A stretch of 55,929 nt of DNA, the filler included, from Basidiobolus ranarum (Eukaryota): the NCBI GenBank assembly GCA_040143965.1. It is 4 parts of 4 records of this genome, joined end to end, with 100 filler letters (N's around TTAATTAATTAA, not from the genome) between each part and the next. Parts side by side here need not be neighbours in the genome. Positions count along the whole stretch, not along the records: positions 14,042 to 27,966 come from JASJQH010000453.1; 3 more parts are not named here. One strand, given 5' to 3'. Below are positions 14,042 through 27,038 of this stretch, piece after piece. Positions within the stretch are counted from its first letter, which is position 1. Each line of letters begins with the position of its first letter. Position numbers and translations under genes: made by a program. The notes under the pieces were generated by a model that saw nothing but the letters and a program-made list of their open reading frames with translations, did not search any database and had not been told where the DNA came from.

Positions 14042-14755
14042 ACTATCAAAAGGAGTCGCAGTGTAAGGTTGCTTATAAATCATACTACTGACCATCCACC
14101 TCATGTGCAAGATGAAAGATCTCGGCTAAAGTCCTGGAAATACATGGACATCATCAAGGTAAGGTTTCATTGGGTCATTACATAGAATAGCACTTTTATG
14201 TCAATGAATTAATGCGACTTGGGCACTCAACAATATTTCATTCTCTCTGGAGGCATTCCAGAACTTTCTCCTTCAAAGTGTGTCACAACTTTTCTAAACT
14301 AGGTGATTCATCTGATAGTACGAATGATGAGAAGGAAAACAAGTAAAACCGAGAATGATATTGTCACCCGTCATAACTAGTCGCCTATATATATATCCAC
14401 CTGTGGCGCATGTCTAATGTATTGGATTCCCTTGAACAAACCCCGCAATGAAGATCGGCATACTCTGCAGTGTTGTTTGACCTTTGGTGAGAGAACTTGG
14501 ATAGAAAATAGCAAGAAATCCAGTACAGGTATTGACAACTCTGTTTTTAAGTCCTCCATGTTTATCCTATTTTCCTGGCATGTCCAGTATATTGTTTCTA
14601 TTGCTAACGCAGTTCAGTAGTGTATCAACTTCTGGACTGATTCAAGTACATTAAAGTGGTCAGCGAGTGAATGGTGAAAATATGATCTTCTCATGTCTTT
14701 AATAACTATACAAGGACAATGACAATCTCAAAAGAAGTAGATGAATTCTAAATAA

Positions 14756-15436
14756 TTAAACTATACTAGAAGTAGGAAGCTGGGTTGATAGATCCTTCTT
14801 GATTTTAGGCATGACAAACTTGCGTTCACACTTGAGACTTGATCCACGGAATCCCTTGAGATGCTAATGTTAGATCGGGCTTACAGTAAAATTGAATTTA
14901 ATAAACATACTAGTATTAAATAGATGACGCCCACTGAGAGTATCAACCAGCCAGGTATCTCAACAAAGATGGTCCAGTCTTGCTTGCTGATGTTGGCGAT
15001 CTGGCTTTTGCATAAGCTCAGCATCGAATTTCCAATCCTATTTTAGACAATGAAGATATTATAATCACAAGTACAAGATGAAGAAACCGGTATTCAACAA
15101 ACCAGCATTGCATGATCCCAATGTACCCTAGTCCATGATTGTCATCAAAGAATGGAAAGTAAGTATATAGGCTTTGTGGGTACCCGGACTCCGCCATGAA
15201 AACGATCGACGCTTGGAGAATGAGAACAACTCGGTTGACAAATTGGAAGAAGCCGTTTTCCTGCGAGATATTAATGTTTAGATTGAGCAATAACACTTGG
15301 AGAAACAGCCACTTACCACTCCTATCAGATGGAATGATTCAACATTGAGAAACATGCAGCACATGATTGAATATATGCATGAAATAAAGGATAAAACTCG
15401 TAGGAAATTCAACAGAATAGATGGAATCGAACCCAT
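14756..15436 (-). CDS. Small four-TM-like fungal membrane protein (COPI-associated/Tvp15-like architecture), 4 exons
   Basis: Spliced: MGSIPSILLNFLRVLSFISCIYSIMCCMFLN..ENGFFQFVNRVVLILQASIVFMAESGYPQSLYTYFPFFDDNHGLGYIGIMQCWIG..FVEIPGWLILSVGVIYLIL..LPTSSIV*. GT-AG introns join the frames without stops. Confidence 0.65.
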
Positions 15437-16403
15437 AGTAGTGAATTGGTTGCTTTCTTGTAAAGAGAGATGAAGATGTAAAATGGTTGCTATACGACAG
15501 AGCGAATCTAGAACTTTTATAGCTTTTCTGGCCAGGGTATTGTGGTTAATGAACAAATCCTTTATTGCCTTCACTCCATAGCCTTGTTTACTAAACACTA
15601 AGATGTAAATTCGCTAGATCGCCACATTCTCAAAGATTCTCTGTAGGCTTTCAAAGTTCTCCTGAGCCTTGTTGTTGGCTCCTCGCCCTTGGTTGTGACT
15701 TATATTAAAATGAAAATCACACGCTTGAGAAACCCTAAACAAAACTTGGATTTATTTAGTAAATAAATGGCACGCCATGTCGAGTCTTGATGTTAGGCAC
15801 AGATCGATTACCTCTCATGTATATATCGACTACTTAAACACAATACTCAAATCACTCATAATGGCAGCCTTGATTTTTGTTTTGGTATCAACTCAATTAT
15901 GTCATCTCGCATAACACTCCAAACGATTATCCGAGCCATAAAACAGAACAGAACCTGAATTGGAAGTGGATAAATCACGTGAATTCTGCTTCATTATAAT
16001 GTCACATAAACTCAATTGCTAAACCTCCATTCCTTCGCAATTTGGCACCAAAGTTAAACCAAAAAATCCACTTTCTTGGTACCCTAAATATGTATTTATA
16101 CATTTGCAGACATCGACCTTCTGCTGGTGAGCATACAAATATTGACGTAGTCTATATTCCCCCTCAAAATCCACTCAAGTGGATGCACCCCACTGCGTTT
16201 GTAGTAATAACACAACAACGTGGTGTCTTATGGATACCGTTCATCACGATATCACCCACCATCAAAGGCCAAATCATCACAAAAGAAGGGTTACTTATGT
16301 TTCTTGGTTTACTTGTTGGCGACATGACTTTAAATAGAACAAAATAATAAATAACATATTAAAGCGAAATGACCAGATTACAAAATGCATTGACGAAAGG
16401 GTT

Positions 16404-17503
16404 CTAATCAAGTTTCTTGTCAAGAATATGAGGATTGGCAAAAACTCGTTCTAACTTCTTGCCTATAGTAGCACCCTGGAAGCCATCAAGATAACGATGG
16501 TCCAAAGTAGCACAAATATTAACCATAGGGCGAATGGCAGGTTGACCATCTACAACTACAACGTGATCCTTGATAGCTCCAATCAAAACGAAGAGAGATA
16601 CATTGGTATAAGGAGAGAATGGGACATATGCCTATATATAAAGGTAATTAGCAAAAACTCTATCTTTTTTAAACCGAATGTGACTTACATCTTCAATACC
16701 AAGCATTCCGACACTAGTTACAATGCAGCAGCCAAAAGGTCTCTTTTCCATACCCAATATTGACATATCAAGACCTACGACATTGCTGAACCATCCTACA
16801 AGGTAGATCTAAAAATAACATCTAGTCAATGCCGACTCGAAAACTACGGCTTATAAGCTTCTAACTTACCACAGTTCTAATAACCCATACAGGTAGGAAC
16901 TTCATAGGACCCATGCTTTTGCTCATATTCTTATCGGTGCCGGAGCGAATAGGCTTCACTTTGGAATTCAATATGGAAGCAACTTCACGAACAGACTTCT
17001 TATCAATGGAATCGACTTTAGCTTGATAGAGATTAGTTCCTCCAAGTACTTGAACTGTGATGAGACAGAAATAAATGTTTCAATAGCTTGTTAAAAAATG
17101 ATATAATATTCTGAATGGAAATCCTACCCAAAAAAGAAATGTCAAGAGTTTTGTTAGGAAGGAATCTATTACAGAGGATTCGACGATTCAAATCTGGTGC
17201 ATCTTTAAGGCACTCGGCAAGAGCTCTTCCAACGAAATGAGTGACAGTAATTTTAGTAGGGTCACTTGCCTCCAAACCTTCGTTTTTTTCTTTGATATAT
17301 GCGAGCATCGCGGTACAATCTAAAGCTGTCTTGGTAAAGATGCTTCCCTCACGGGGTGCGCTCCAAGTAGCGAGCATCACTTTTTGACGAGGACTCTGTC
17401 CAATAGTGGACCATAGCCAATGGAGAACAACAGCTCCACCAATAACACCAAGCGCTAAAGGAGATAGAGTGAGCTCTAAAGATTCAGTATTGAAGTTGAA
17501 CAT
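16404..17503 (-). CDS. Stand-alone 2-oxoacid-dehydrogenase E2-type acyltransferase catalytic domain with an N-terminal hydrophobic helix and no lipoyl domain, 4 exons
   Basis: Catalytic TLDHRYLDGFQGA (DHRxxDG), PFGCCIVTSVGMLG and ITVTHFVGRALAECLKDAPDLN; N-terminus LTLSPLALGVIGGAVVLHWLW; about 300 aa after splicing. Confidence 0.85.
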
Positions 17504-18792
17504 AACCCGCTAGGTTGAAGTCAAGAGAAAAATTAGATAATTTCAGAGTGTGAAAAGCTTTACATTATATATATGGACCTCGAATGGTTGAATATAACGC
17601 CACCCTCCAATCATATCGAGTATTTTTGATTCGGTTCAACAAGCACTGGTTTGGTCTTGGATGGACAAAAGATGGGTTATGGTTTAACTTCAATAAAGCC
17701 TCGATATATTTAGACCTGATTGTACTTCATTGGCCATCGGGGTCCAACCACCTTTTAGGTATGAGTGGACACTTGTTTGTGTGGCCACTTTTAGAATTAA
17801 GGAGTCAAGACTCGGTTAAGCCCTGGGTGTTAAGAAATCCAAAAACTAAATGCATTCATTTTCATATGGAAATTGGCTTTCAAAAATTATTTCACATGAA
17901 AATCATGAGATTATGAGAGAAACACATGATATTTCTGATGTAGACTAGTGGCACATTATTATCACTTTTCTTGGGTACATTTGTAGCCAAATAAAGGTTT
18001 ATATTTGTATTCACAAACTTATGAGCGCCAATTCCTTTTCTTGACGCAATTAACACAACAGATTCGATTTGGCCTGTTTAATCGCTTATCTTTTTACATC
18101 GAGGGAACAAGCACTAGATTCGGCTTTTTTCACGCTCATAGTATAGATGGTTTCTGGAAGTATAACGAGATTATAGCCAAATTTTACACCAGACCTTCCT
18201 ACGAGCATTTTCTCGGAGTATTTATTGACCCATATTACGGTGGAATAATAGCATTTGAGCCTTCTGTCTATTTTCTGACTCTGCTAGAGGCTGTATTGAT
18301 GAGTATGGTAAAGCACAAGTATCTTGGTATTTTAACAAGATGTTGAAATGAGTTACAACCAGAATGTGGTTCTCTTGTGAGCTCTACGGTTGTAATTGTA
18401 GCTTAAAAATCCAATAAGCCCAAACGATAAACGTACGCTTCATTACACTTCATGTGACTAGTAATATTGTATACGTGTGAAGTGAATAGACTCACCAACG
18501 GCCTTCATGTATGGTGTCGATTTCCCAGTATATAAGGTTCTTGAATTTCCAATGGAATAATAATTTGTTAGGATACGACCTCTTAATAATATCGTAATTT
18601 TAACGACAAAAAATTGATCTCTGTCAATTCTTGATGAGGGATTGGTCAAAAGAAGTGACTATACCCTAAATTCTTTTTTCTATTCCAAAGTTTGTTGGAA
18701 CCTTGGTACAAAAGTAAACCAGTGATCTTAGGTGTTTTTCCTCCTCTCCTTTTTCGTGGTCGAAACGTACATCTTATTCGATCTGAATACAA

Positions 18793-19441
18793 ATGGCTCC
18801 TAAAGGTACGAGTATTTCTACGTTGAATTGTGTTCCAAGTTCCAGTAGCTATTCAGCATGGATGCTGCAAATGCAACTTGATTTTACATGTAATATGTAA
18901 ATCCTATTGCTGCTGCCATTCCATCCATCTGCTTTTCGCTAGCTAACTTGGACAATAAAGCGTTATTCAGTTTGAAGTATTTAGTTAACTAACAAGTATC
19001 GCTTTTGTAGTTGCTTCCGAGAAGAACAAGGCTCTTGCCGCCAAGAAGGCTGCTTTGAAGGGTGTTAATGCTCATGCCTCTCGCAAGGTCCGCACTTCCA
19101 CCACCTTCCGTCTTCCTAAGACTCTCCGTCTTGCCCGTGCTCCTCGTTATCCTCGCAAGTCTGTTCCCAGCGCTCCCCGCATGGACCAATATGAAGTTGT
19201 CCGTTCCCCATTGAACACTGAAACTGCCATCAAGAAGATCGAAGATAACAACACTTTGGTTTTCTTGTGTGACGTCCGCGCCAACAAGAGACAAATCCGT
19301 GAAGCCGTTAAGCGTCTGTATGATGTCGATGCCGCTAAGATCAACACCCTCATTCGTCCTGATGGTCAAAAGAAGGCCTACGTTCGTCTTACCGCTGATG
19401 TTGATGCCTTAGACGTTGCCAACAAGATTGGTTTCATCTAA
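18793..19441 (+). CDS. RPL25: 60S ribosomal protein uL23 (L25/L23a); exon 18793-18805, intron 18806-19010
   Basis: [81 protein letters not shown]; strong codon bias. Confidence 0.97.
18831..18954 (+). ncRNA. Putative structured intronic RNA element (long rod-like hairpin ending in ACA) in the RPL25 intron
   Basis: Nested helices TCCAAGTT/AACTTGGA, TAGC/GCTA, AGCA/TGCT, TGGATG/CATCCA, GCAA/TTGC and GATTTTACAT/ATGTAAATC, all in the correct nested order. Confidence 0.55.
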
Positions 19442-20420
19442 ACTAAACGATTTCTTTTAGAAATTGAAGAATCTTCATTTTCTTTTCGTGTTTACTACTT
19501 CCCGTAATAAACCTGTAAAACTTTATTCATTGAAATTTTCAAAGTGATTTTCTTTATAGCTGGTTCATTTATTGTCAACATTGCCAATGAGTATGTGCTT
19601 TATTTTGAGGATTTTATATATGGTACCTCTGGCCAAGCATAATGGTGGTTTCATTTCTATATTCTTGGTGTAAACATGGAAGGACATATTTAACAGGTGC
19701 AGCCGATAACTGGTGCCCTTTCTTATGAAGTGTATCATTCTTGTAGCTTGTTTGATTTCGTTACCTTTATTACGACCAAGTTTAGTACACATGTAAAGCT
19801 TGGATTTGGGTAATGGTAATCGTATGGTGTTTGCGATTCAGTTACAGGTTAACGAATTCAATCGCTTTAGTCAAGATACAAATCATGATTGCCCTCGTTA
19901 CAGATTTCTAATTCCCAGTTCCTCTTTCGTGAATAAATTCATTTTATATGTAATGGAAAAAAAATAGATTCTTCAATATTAATGCGACGAGCTGTATTGT
20001 AAGGATATCAGATAATCATTATATGGTCAAATCCAATATTGCTTCATTTATACATTAATAGGGAGTTGGGGTACTTTTCATTGTAGAATTTTTACTAGCA
20101 GAAAAAAATCTTCTGAAATGTTCAATGCAACTAGTGATAGTGGATCATCAGCCATAGTTTGGTCGCACCAATATCCTCAAGTTTCACTGCAATGGAGCGT
20201 AAAAATTGGAAGACACTGGTCAGAGTTATTTATCATGAATCGGCCAAATTAGGTGATAAATATCCGTTTTATTGTGGGTTTTTTGGGTCATAATGACATG
20301 GCTTCAGAGCAGTAAGGAACAAAGATATGTGAAGAATAAATGTTTAGCAATAGTGAAGTGCTTTCGTAACCACCACCACCACCAATACTAATAGGTAATA
20401 AATAGCAATCTCGATGAACG

Positions 20421-21700
20421 TTACTGACTAGTCAGCCAGGCCTCGATCACTCTCTTCATTTGAGAGGAGGCGCTGCTCTTAGATTTGCTATAGATATTAA
20501 GTAATCTTTCGGAAGCCATAACATCTAATTCAGAGAGACGCTTGGTGTTGCCATTGGTGCCTCTGGAGGATGAACCAGGTCCGGATTTAAGAAGGCGCCC
20601 GGTGCACTAATAAAATGTTGTGAGAAAGCATTGAGTCTATGAGATAATGGCGGGTCGGCAATATAAATGACTTACAGCTTTAACACCATAGAGACCACGA
20701 ACATGATCAGTACACAATTCAATAACATGACAGAATTCTTTCAATGCCATTGGAATGTTATCCATGGTAAAGAGCACCTATCACACGATTGTATGTAATT
20801 GAGTTTCCATATTATGAGTAATATATAGAATTAAAGTAAAAGATCCAACCTCAGCGTACTTCAAATGAAACAGGTGATTTAGTGGTTGCATAAGGATAAC
20901 TTCTTCTAGGCAAAATGCTGCTTGCTGGTACCTAATACCATATGGAGTTGGTAAAAGAGTTGAGATATTATTCAATTTGTGCCTAATTAATGAATACCGT
21001 ACATGAATTGATCAAGATAGAGTGCGCACAGTTCAAGCCAAGCTTCGGTATCATTACAATGAATATCCAAATATTTGGTCAAACTTTGAATGGCTTCGGT
21101 GATGGAGCCACGAGCCTTTTGAATTGCGATTTGGCGCTTCACAGCCAGCTATTAAGGATATAAAATTAATTATAGAAGTAAAAGTTGTAAACATTCGTAT
21201 AGTATTCTTACAATATTGGTGGGATCTTCGGTAAGAATATCACTGTAAAGAGTATATGCTTCCTCAAGTTTACCTTCAGCTTCAAGAGACATACCTTCAA
21301 GTCGTTTAACACGAAGAGATTTTGGGAAACGAGGTTGAAGCTTATCTAAACATTTCTATCGGATGAAATAAAAGTAAGGAATATATAGTGAGGCATTCCA
21401 ACTTAAAACCGAAATAAACGAACCTTGGCCAAATCGAATCTCCCAGTATCCAACGCAGCAATCAAAACTTGCTCGTACACATTCCAAACTTCAAAAAAAA
21501 GTTCAGTTAAGGGGAGATGAAAAATATGCATCGGATCCTCGATGGTATAAAAAATATTTACCTTCATCACCAAGCTGACCGGCATATCCCCCAAAGAGAA
21601 TCTTTTCTCCAAGTTCAACGACCTCCTCAGGACGACGCTCACCAGTCAAGCTTAAATCGTGGAGCTTTGCATATGCAGTATTGTAATTGAAACCAACCAT
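20421..21700 (-). CDS. EMC2: ER membrane protein complex subunit 2 (TPR protein, multi-exon)
   Basis: MVGFNYNTAYAKLHDL..LGDE|VWNVYEQVLIAALDTGRFDLAK, FPKSLRVKRLEGMSLEAEG, KYLDIHCNDTEAWLEL and YQQAAFCLEEVILMQPLNHLFHLKYAE; stop 20421-20423. Confidence 0.9.
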
Positions 21701-22527
21701 TAGAGTGAAATAAGTTGCCCTTTTTTGCAACAAAGATTCGAGTTCAGCAGTTGTAAAAGGATTATATCCCGAAATACGTCTATAAGTGAATTCAAGGAAT
21801 ATACTTTTATCAATCATTTGTCAAACTTGGTTTAAGTTATTCTATTATTTTTCATCCAAACTCAATTGTCACCAATCACTAGCAATCAACCAAGTATCAT
21901 ATGATCGGAAATCATCGTTGTCAAATCAGTTTTGGTCATTCCAGGCGCGACATTTAATAATATTTACACAGAAATGCAAACCATTTTTTAACCCACCTTT
22001 TCTCAATTGCTTTAGGTAACCAAATGTGCACTAGCTAACGGTCAGACTGTATGCGGAGGGTTATGGTATTTCTTGTTTCATGGAAGTCTAGTACTATTGC
22101 GGCCCAACATAATCATAGTGTTGACTAATATCGAAGTTGATGCTTTATTATCATCGGTTGCTCAGACCATTGTGATAGGAGAGGCGGATCTATGTGATAC
22201 CGCTATAAGATACTGGGCAAGTATAATAGTATGTAGCAGTAGGTTCATTATTTCCTTTTCCTCTTTCTACCTTCGCGAGTTCTACGGTATGGCTGGCGAG
22301 AGTAAGGAGAAGGAGGTGCAACATAGATAAGAATTCGCATAATTACGTGATTTAAACTAATACTCAGCATGTTCTTCACTTGAGTGATTTTTGTGGCCTT
22401 AACTTTTCGCTGTACTCCTCAACAACCAGGATATCGGATGAAGGGAGAACTGGCAGAAAGAGAATAAATAGGTGGTAAGGGAGTGGGGGTATTGTTTGCG
22501 CTTGTTTGGTCTAATCCAGTGCTTCCA

Positions 22528-24423
22528 CTAGAGACCAGTCTCTTTTAATATCGTTTCGAATACCTTGAGCATCTTCCGGCGCGCTCCCAGAGCTGCAACC
22601 CCTTTCTGGGAAAGTTGATCATCATTCATTCGAACGATATCTTGCCATTTCATTCCTTCAAAGAGTGGAGTGTATTTATGCAGACGAAGGCTTCGAAGCC
22701 ATGCAGGGATGTCTATTCCAAGATGTTGCATCAGTAAAACAAAATTAATGACAAGGTTTGAATGGAAACATACCATTCAATAGCTCCAAGTCGACGCCAT
22801 CTTGAATCTTATTATCTTTAGCCAAATTACGTTGGTTATTCAGCCGACTGACTCGATCACTACGATAATCCTCGTCGTTAAAATTATCAGTCATGCTAGC
22901 ATATTGCTTGTTGTGAAGCCCCTGGGGCATATGGCGTTTCATTCCATCCCGCCCCCAATTAGTAGAGAATAGTCCAGGTGGAGTGGGGGAGGTGGGTCTT
23001 GAGCCAGGATAAGAGTTATTATTTGGTGGAAACATCGGGGATTGAATAGGTGATTGTAACCCATTAGAATAAGGCGGGCTTCTTATATCGCTCTCATAGA
23101 CAGATCTTCCAATAGCCGATCCTGGGGCGCGATTGGCACCAGGCGATGAATAAACATCAGGGACATTGATTGTTAGTCCAGTGGAGTTGGTACAGGTTCC
23201 TCTTTCAAATTTATTCTCATATCTCTCTTTATTGGAGTTTGCTAGTCTCCATTGGAATAGACCTAAACCATTAGAGTCAACATCTGCGGCAGATTTGGGT
23301 CGTTCTATAGCTTTAGCATACTCTCCCCAGCTGGAAGCCGAAGGTGATGTGCTTATACCCCAGGTAGATGTACTCAGAGAGCTATATTCGCTCATGGTGG
23401 ATCTTGGACGCTCCTTAAAAGAGCCAGCAATCGACCGTGAGCCTCCAAGAGCGTCGATACCACAAAATGATCTAGGTCTTTCACTTTCTCTTCGGTCAAC
23501 AGCGCGAGAGGTATTATTAGATGACACAAAGTTTCTGAAAGCTGCATTGGTGATGGTAAAGACAGGATCAGTTTCTGCTTCAGCATGAGAAACAGGCCTA
23601 ACGGGAAAATATTGGGAGTTGTTGGAGTGTTGAGGCTGAGTCTCTAAGGGATTAAGGAGAGCACTACCTCCGGTTGGTTTATCTTCCTGTTGCCCCAGAG
23701 ATTTAAAGAATGCAGCAGCCTCTTCAGGAACACTGACAGGCATAGAATAGCGATTATATAAACGTCTAGATGAGCGATTTATGATCCCAGAGCCAACTGA
23801 AATATTACGAGCGTCTTGTTGCAAAATACTGATTGTGGATTTATCTTGGACATTTGATATAGGCGACCTCTTCAGAGTTTCCTCAACTTTGTTTACATAA
23901 TAAGTAGTATCAGATGCATCTTGATTGAATTTCTTGATAGAAAAAAATTTGAGCCTTACCTTTCTCAACAGTGTCAGGAGATAGGGCAGGTCTTGTAGGT
24001 TCCTTGTTAGAAAGTTGTAAGAGTACGACAACAAAAAACCTAACCTGAACCGGAGTTGAGAACTGAAGTAGGCTATACATAGCTGCAGTCTTCTCAACGT
24101 CAGACAAAGTTATGTACCATTTCTGAATGGTGTTTAGTTCCTCTTTGAAACTTTGAACGAAATTAGCAGAACTCATTTCTTCCAGAGTTTTCTCGTATAG
24201 ATTTTGCTCTTCAATCCATGGGTCTGTATGTATAAATGTCTGAATTAAAAAATAAGAACATGGCAGAGGATGTCCTAAGTAACGGACCTTGGGGTTCCTT
24301 AAAACCAAAAGGGGGAAATATTGCGGAAAGTGGGCGAAAACTACTATTGGAGACCTGTTGTGGGTCAATTGGCCTTCCTTGCCGAAAAGATAACGACTCA
24401 AAAGTGGTTTGCTGGGCAGCCAT
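22528..24423 (-). CDS. VTS1: Smaug/Vts1 SAM-domain RNA-binding protein (multi-exon)
   Basis: N-terminal [60 protein letters not shown]-terminal [44 protein letters not shown]. Confidence 0.93.
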
Positions 24424-26187
24424 AGTGTGTGGTCTACCAAATTAACAATAGGTAGAATTGACAACTAAAGGATTTAGGCCTAGGTCAAAAAGGCTAAAAG
24501 TTGATATAAATCTACCCTACAGTTGTCACGCAATAAAACAAAGCAAGTTCGAGAAAAGAGAAGCTGATACAAAGGACTATGATCCACTAAAAGTTGAGAA
24601 AACTAGGGTATTGTGACTTTAGTGTGGTCTATTTAATGCGTGAGCTATTGACTGTCGTATTTTGACAAAACTCAGGGTACAAATCATATGGTAAGATGTA
24701 ACTATATCAGCTTAATGAACCAATCTGATGGTACTTCTTAATACTGTTTCTAATAATATATCCAGTATTAAGTGTGGAGGGCATAAGTTTTGTGACTTCG
24801 ATTTCCTGTTCTTGGATTTTAGTTTTTACCCCAACTCCCCTTACCTCTGGTCATTTGTACCAGAAACCAGTTGAGAACCAGCCAGCTATATGAAATTATA
24901 ATGCACTGACACAGTTTAAAGAGAGGCCGCATGGCCATTGAAGTAGAGTTTGAAACAAACAACTATAAATATTCAGAGTAATCCGTGAGTACTCCTTTAA
25001 TAGTAGTAGGCGTAGGGACCGTTCATTTTTCCCTATTGTTTTTTAATTTGCCTTAGACCCTGTATACAGCCATCACATTACTCTATTTAACATCAACATG
25101 GCTTATCAATCATCTACAATTACTATAAAGTACATGCTGATTTGAATTATTTAACTGTACTGTGAGTGCAAAGGAGAACGAGAGTAATACATAGCAACGT
25201 ATACAATCACGAGTACAACTAGTTGTTAGGCATTCCTGGGTTCAACTTCACGTACGAAATCCCATTCGAGAATACTATTTAGACAGTCTTCAGTGTTTTC
25301 TATTCGTAGCGTATGAAGTTATATTTGCAGTAACTTTGGCTAACCTCATCTAATTTGATATATGTAATTAAAAAGGCCTACTTCTATGTTGTTGAAGCTT
25401 CTACGACAACCCGTCCAAAATAAATCCGGATTATCATATCCGCCTCTACAGAAGATTATCGACCGCGCTGGAAATATACAAAGGACTCGTGGTAACAATA
25501 AAGATCCCACAAGAGAGCATCAGTAACTCGGTGAGAAAAATAGCTAGTGTCAACTGCCTTGAATTGTTCTTGATTCTATCGACATCCCTTCTTATACCGT
25601 TCAGATCATTAAGCAACATCAGTGGATAGGCTTCCATACAGGAAGGCTGTACCAAATACTCAGATGTATTCTGCGTCAGAAAAGTTGCCCAATGTGGATT
25701 AGTAATTTTAGGTATTATCCTTACACATCTCCCCTCGCCTGTTCTGAAACTCAATCGTGCTCGCTCTCTTAACTAAGTGGGATATAGGATTGATCTCTGA
25801 GGACAAGGTATTTACAATGAACTATGTTGAAGTCATGTTGCAATGCTATACGGTAAAGTAATAACGTGTAGGTGTTTATAGGCTGTGACATTTGTTCACA
25901 TATATGAATCACAATCATCTAAGTAAGAATAGACATGGCTTTTGCTGACATATAGAAACCAGGGGAAGGATAGAAAAGTTAAAGCACAACGCAAAAAACT
26001 CAGCTCAGCTCAGCTAGAAGTGGTGACAAGGGTAGTGTACTGTTAGGTTGCCTTGTGGTATGATTAATCCAATTAATAGTGGTTTTGTAAAGTTCAGTTA
26101 GATTTTGTTAATCTCGTGGCAATGAGTGATAAAGGTGTCTAGAAAAGAAGTTGTTTGTTAAACGGCTGCTTGATTCAATTCTCTAAC

Positions 26188-27038
26188 TCATGATTTCATG
26201 AAGGCCTGACGAAAACGTCCTTTGGCATAAATGGCACGTTGTTCGTCCATTGCACTCGGAAGGCGATCATGCGACCGTGAATGATCGGTGAATTCACGTT
26301 CCCGACGAACATTTCGCGGCTCTGCGTCTTGATTCGACATCCGAGATCCTTCAAGTCTGCAAACTCTACCTAATAGTTCTCGAATAAACATATCACGTTT
26401 CTGATGACCAGAGAGTGTATACCGTTGCAAATTCAATGGTGCGTTTTCGGGTACACGTAGAGTTGTCACAAGCTCTTCAATCTCTGCCTCACATACCTGA
26501 GATTGGCACTTCCAATCCTATTGGTTAAATAAATCCACGTTAACCTCAAAATCAATTATGCTCAAAAGGAAATAAACATTCAAGCGTGACTTACTTGATC
26601 ATCTAACCGAGACCTTTCCATTTTGTTAACCAGCTTGCCGAGTCTTGCCAACTCAAGATTCTTTTCCTGATACTCAGTCATAGTGAAACGTTGTGAAGCA
26701 CCTTGTTGACTGAATTTAGATATTCGCTGTAGAAGTCCCTGGCTACTGTGTATGGCTCTCTGGTTGCTATATTGTCCTCGGGATAGACGATCGACATCTT
26801 TGGCCAATGCAGCTGCACTCATCTTCGTCTTTTGATTCTCACTTAAGCTAGCACATTGGTCTTGATATCTAGGGAAATGAACACCCATACGGTTTACAGT
26901 GGCAATAACAGTAGCGATAGGGTCGTTGTCGGTTTTATCGTTGGAGGTGGATACCTTTTTGTTCTCTTCTGGGTAGAGACTGTGATAACTTGGAGGAGCA
27001 GTGTCGCCTAAATCTGATTGGTTCTTACGTGTCTGCAT
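26188..27038 (-). CDS. Hypothetical 257-aa protein with a PPSY motif and internal R/Q-x-x-N/D-Q-R/D-A repeats; exons 27038-26595 and 26517-26188
   Basis: A GTAAGT..TAG intron joins two long ORFs in frame; the sequence has recurrent helix-plus-NQRA-like motifs. Confidence 0.7.

Noticed and set aside
14042-14700. Fragmentary reading frames at the start of contig 2
   Set aside because: Possibly a decayed gene, but I could not recognise any family.
17584-18649. ORFs of 110, 113 and 63 aa between the E2-like gene and RPL25, plus an 8-bp inverted repeat (TATGAGCG/CGCTCATA)
   Set aside because: No motifs or splice logic, and a single 8-bp stem is within chance expectation.
18989-19369. 126-aa antisense ORF over RPL25, and similar shadow ORFs over APE2, VTS1, YML6 and the PX gene
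   Set aside because: Expected by-product of codon bias on the coding strand; no recognisable motifs.
22380-22527. CUGG motifs in the VTS1 3' UTR as possible autoregulatory Smaug recognition elements
   Set aside because: They are not presented in a canonical CNGG(N) stem-loop.
25446-25754. 102-aa minus-strand ORF
   Set aside because: Non-ATG start, no recognisable domain and no supporting exons.
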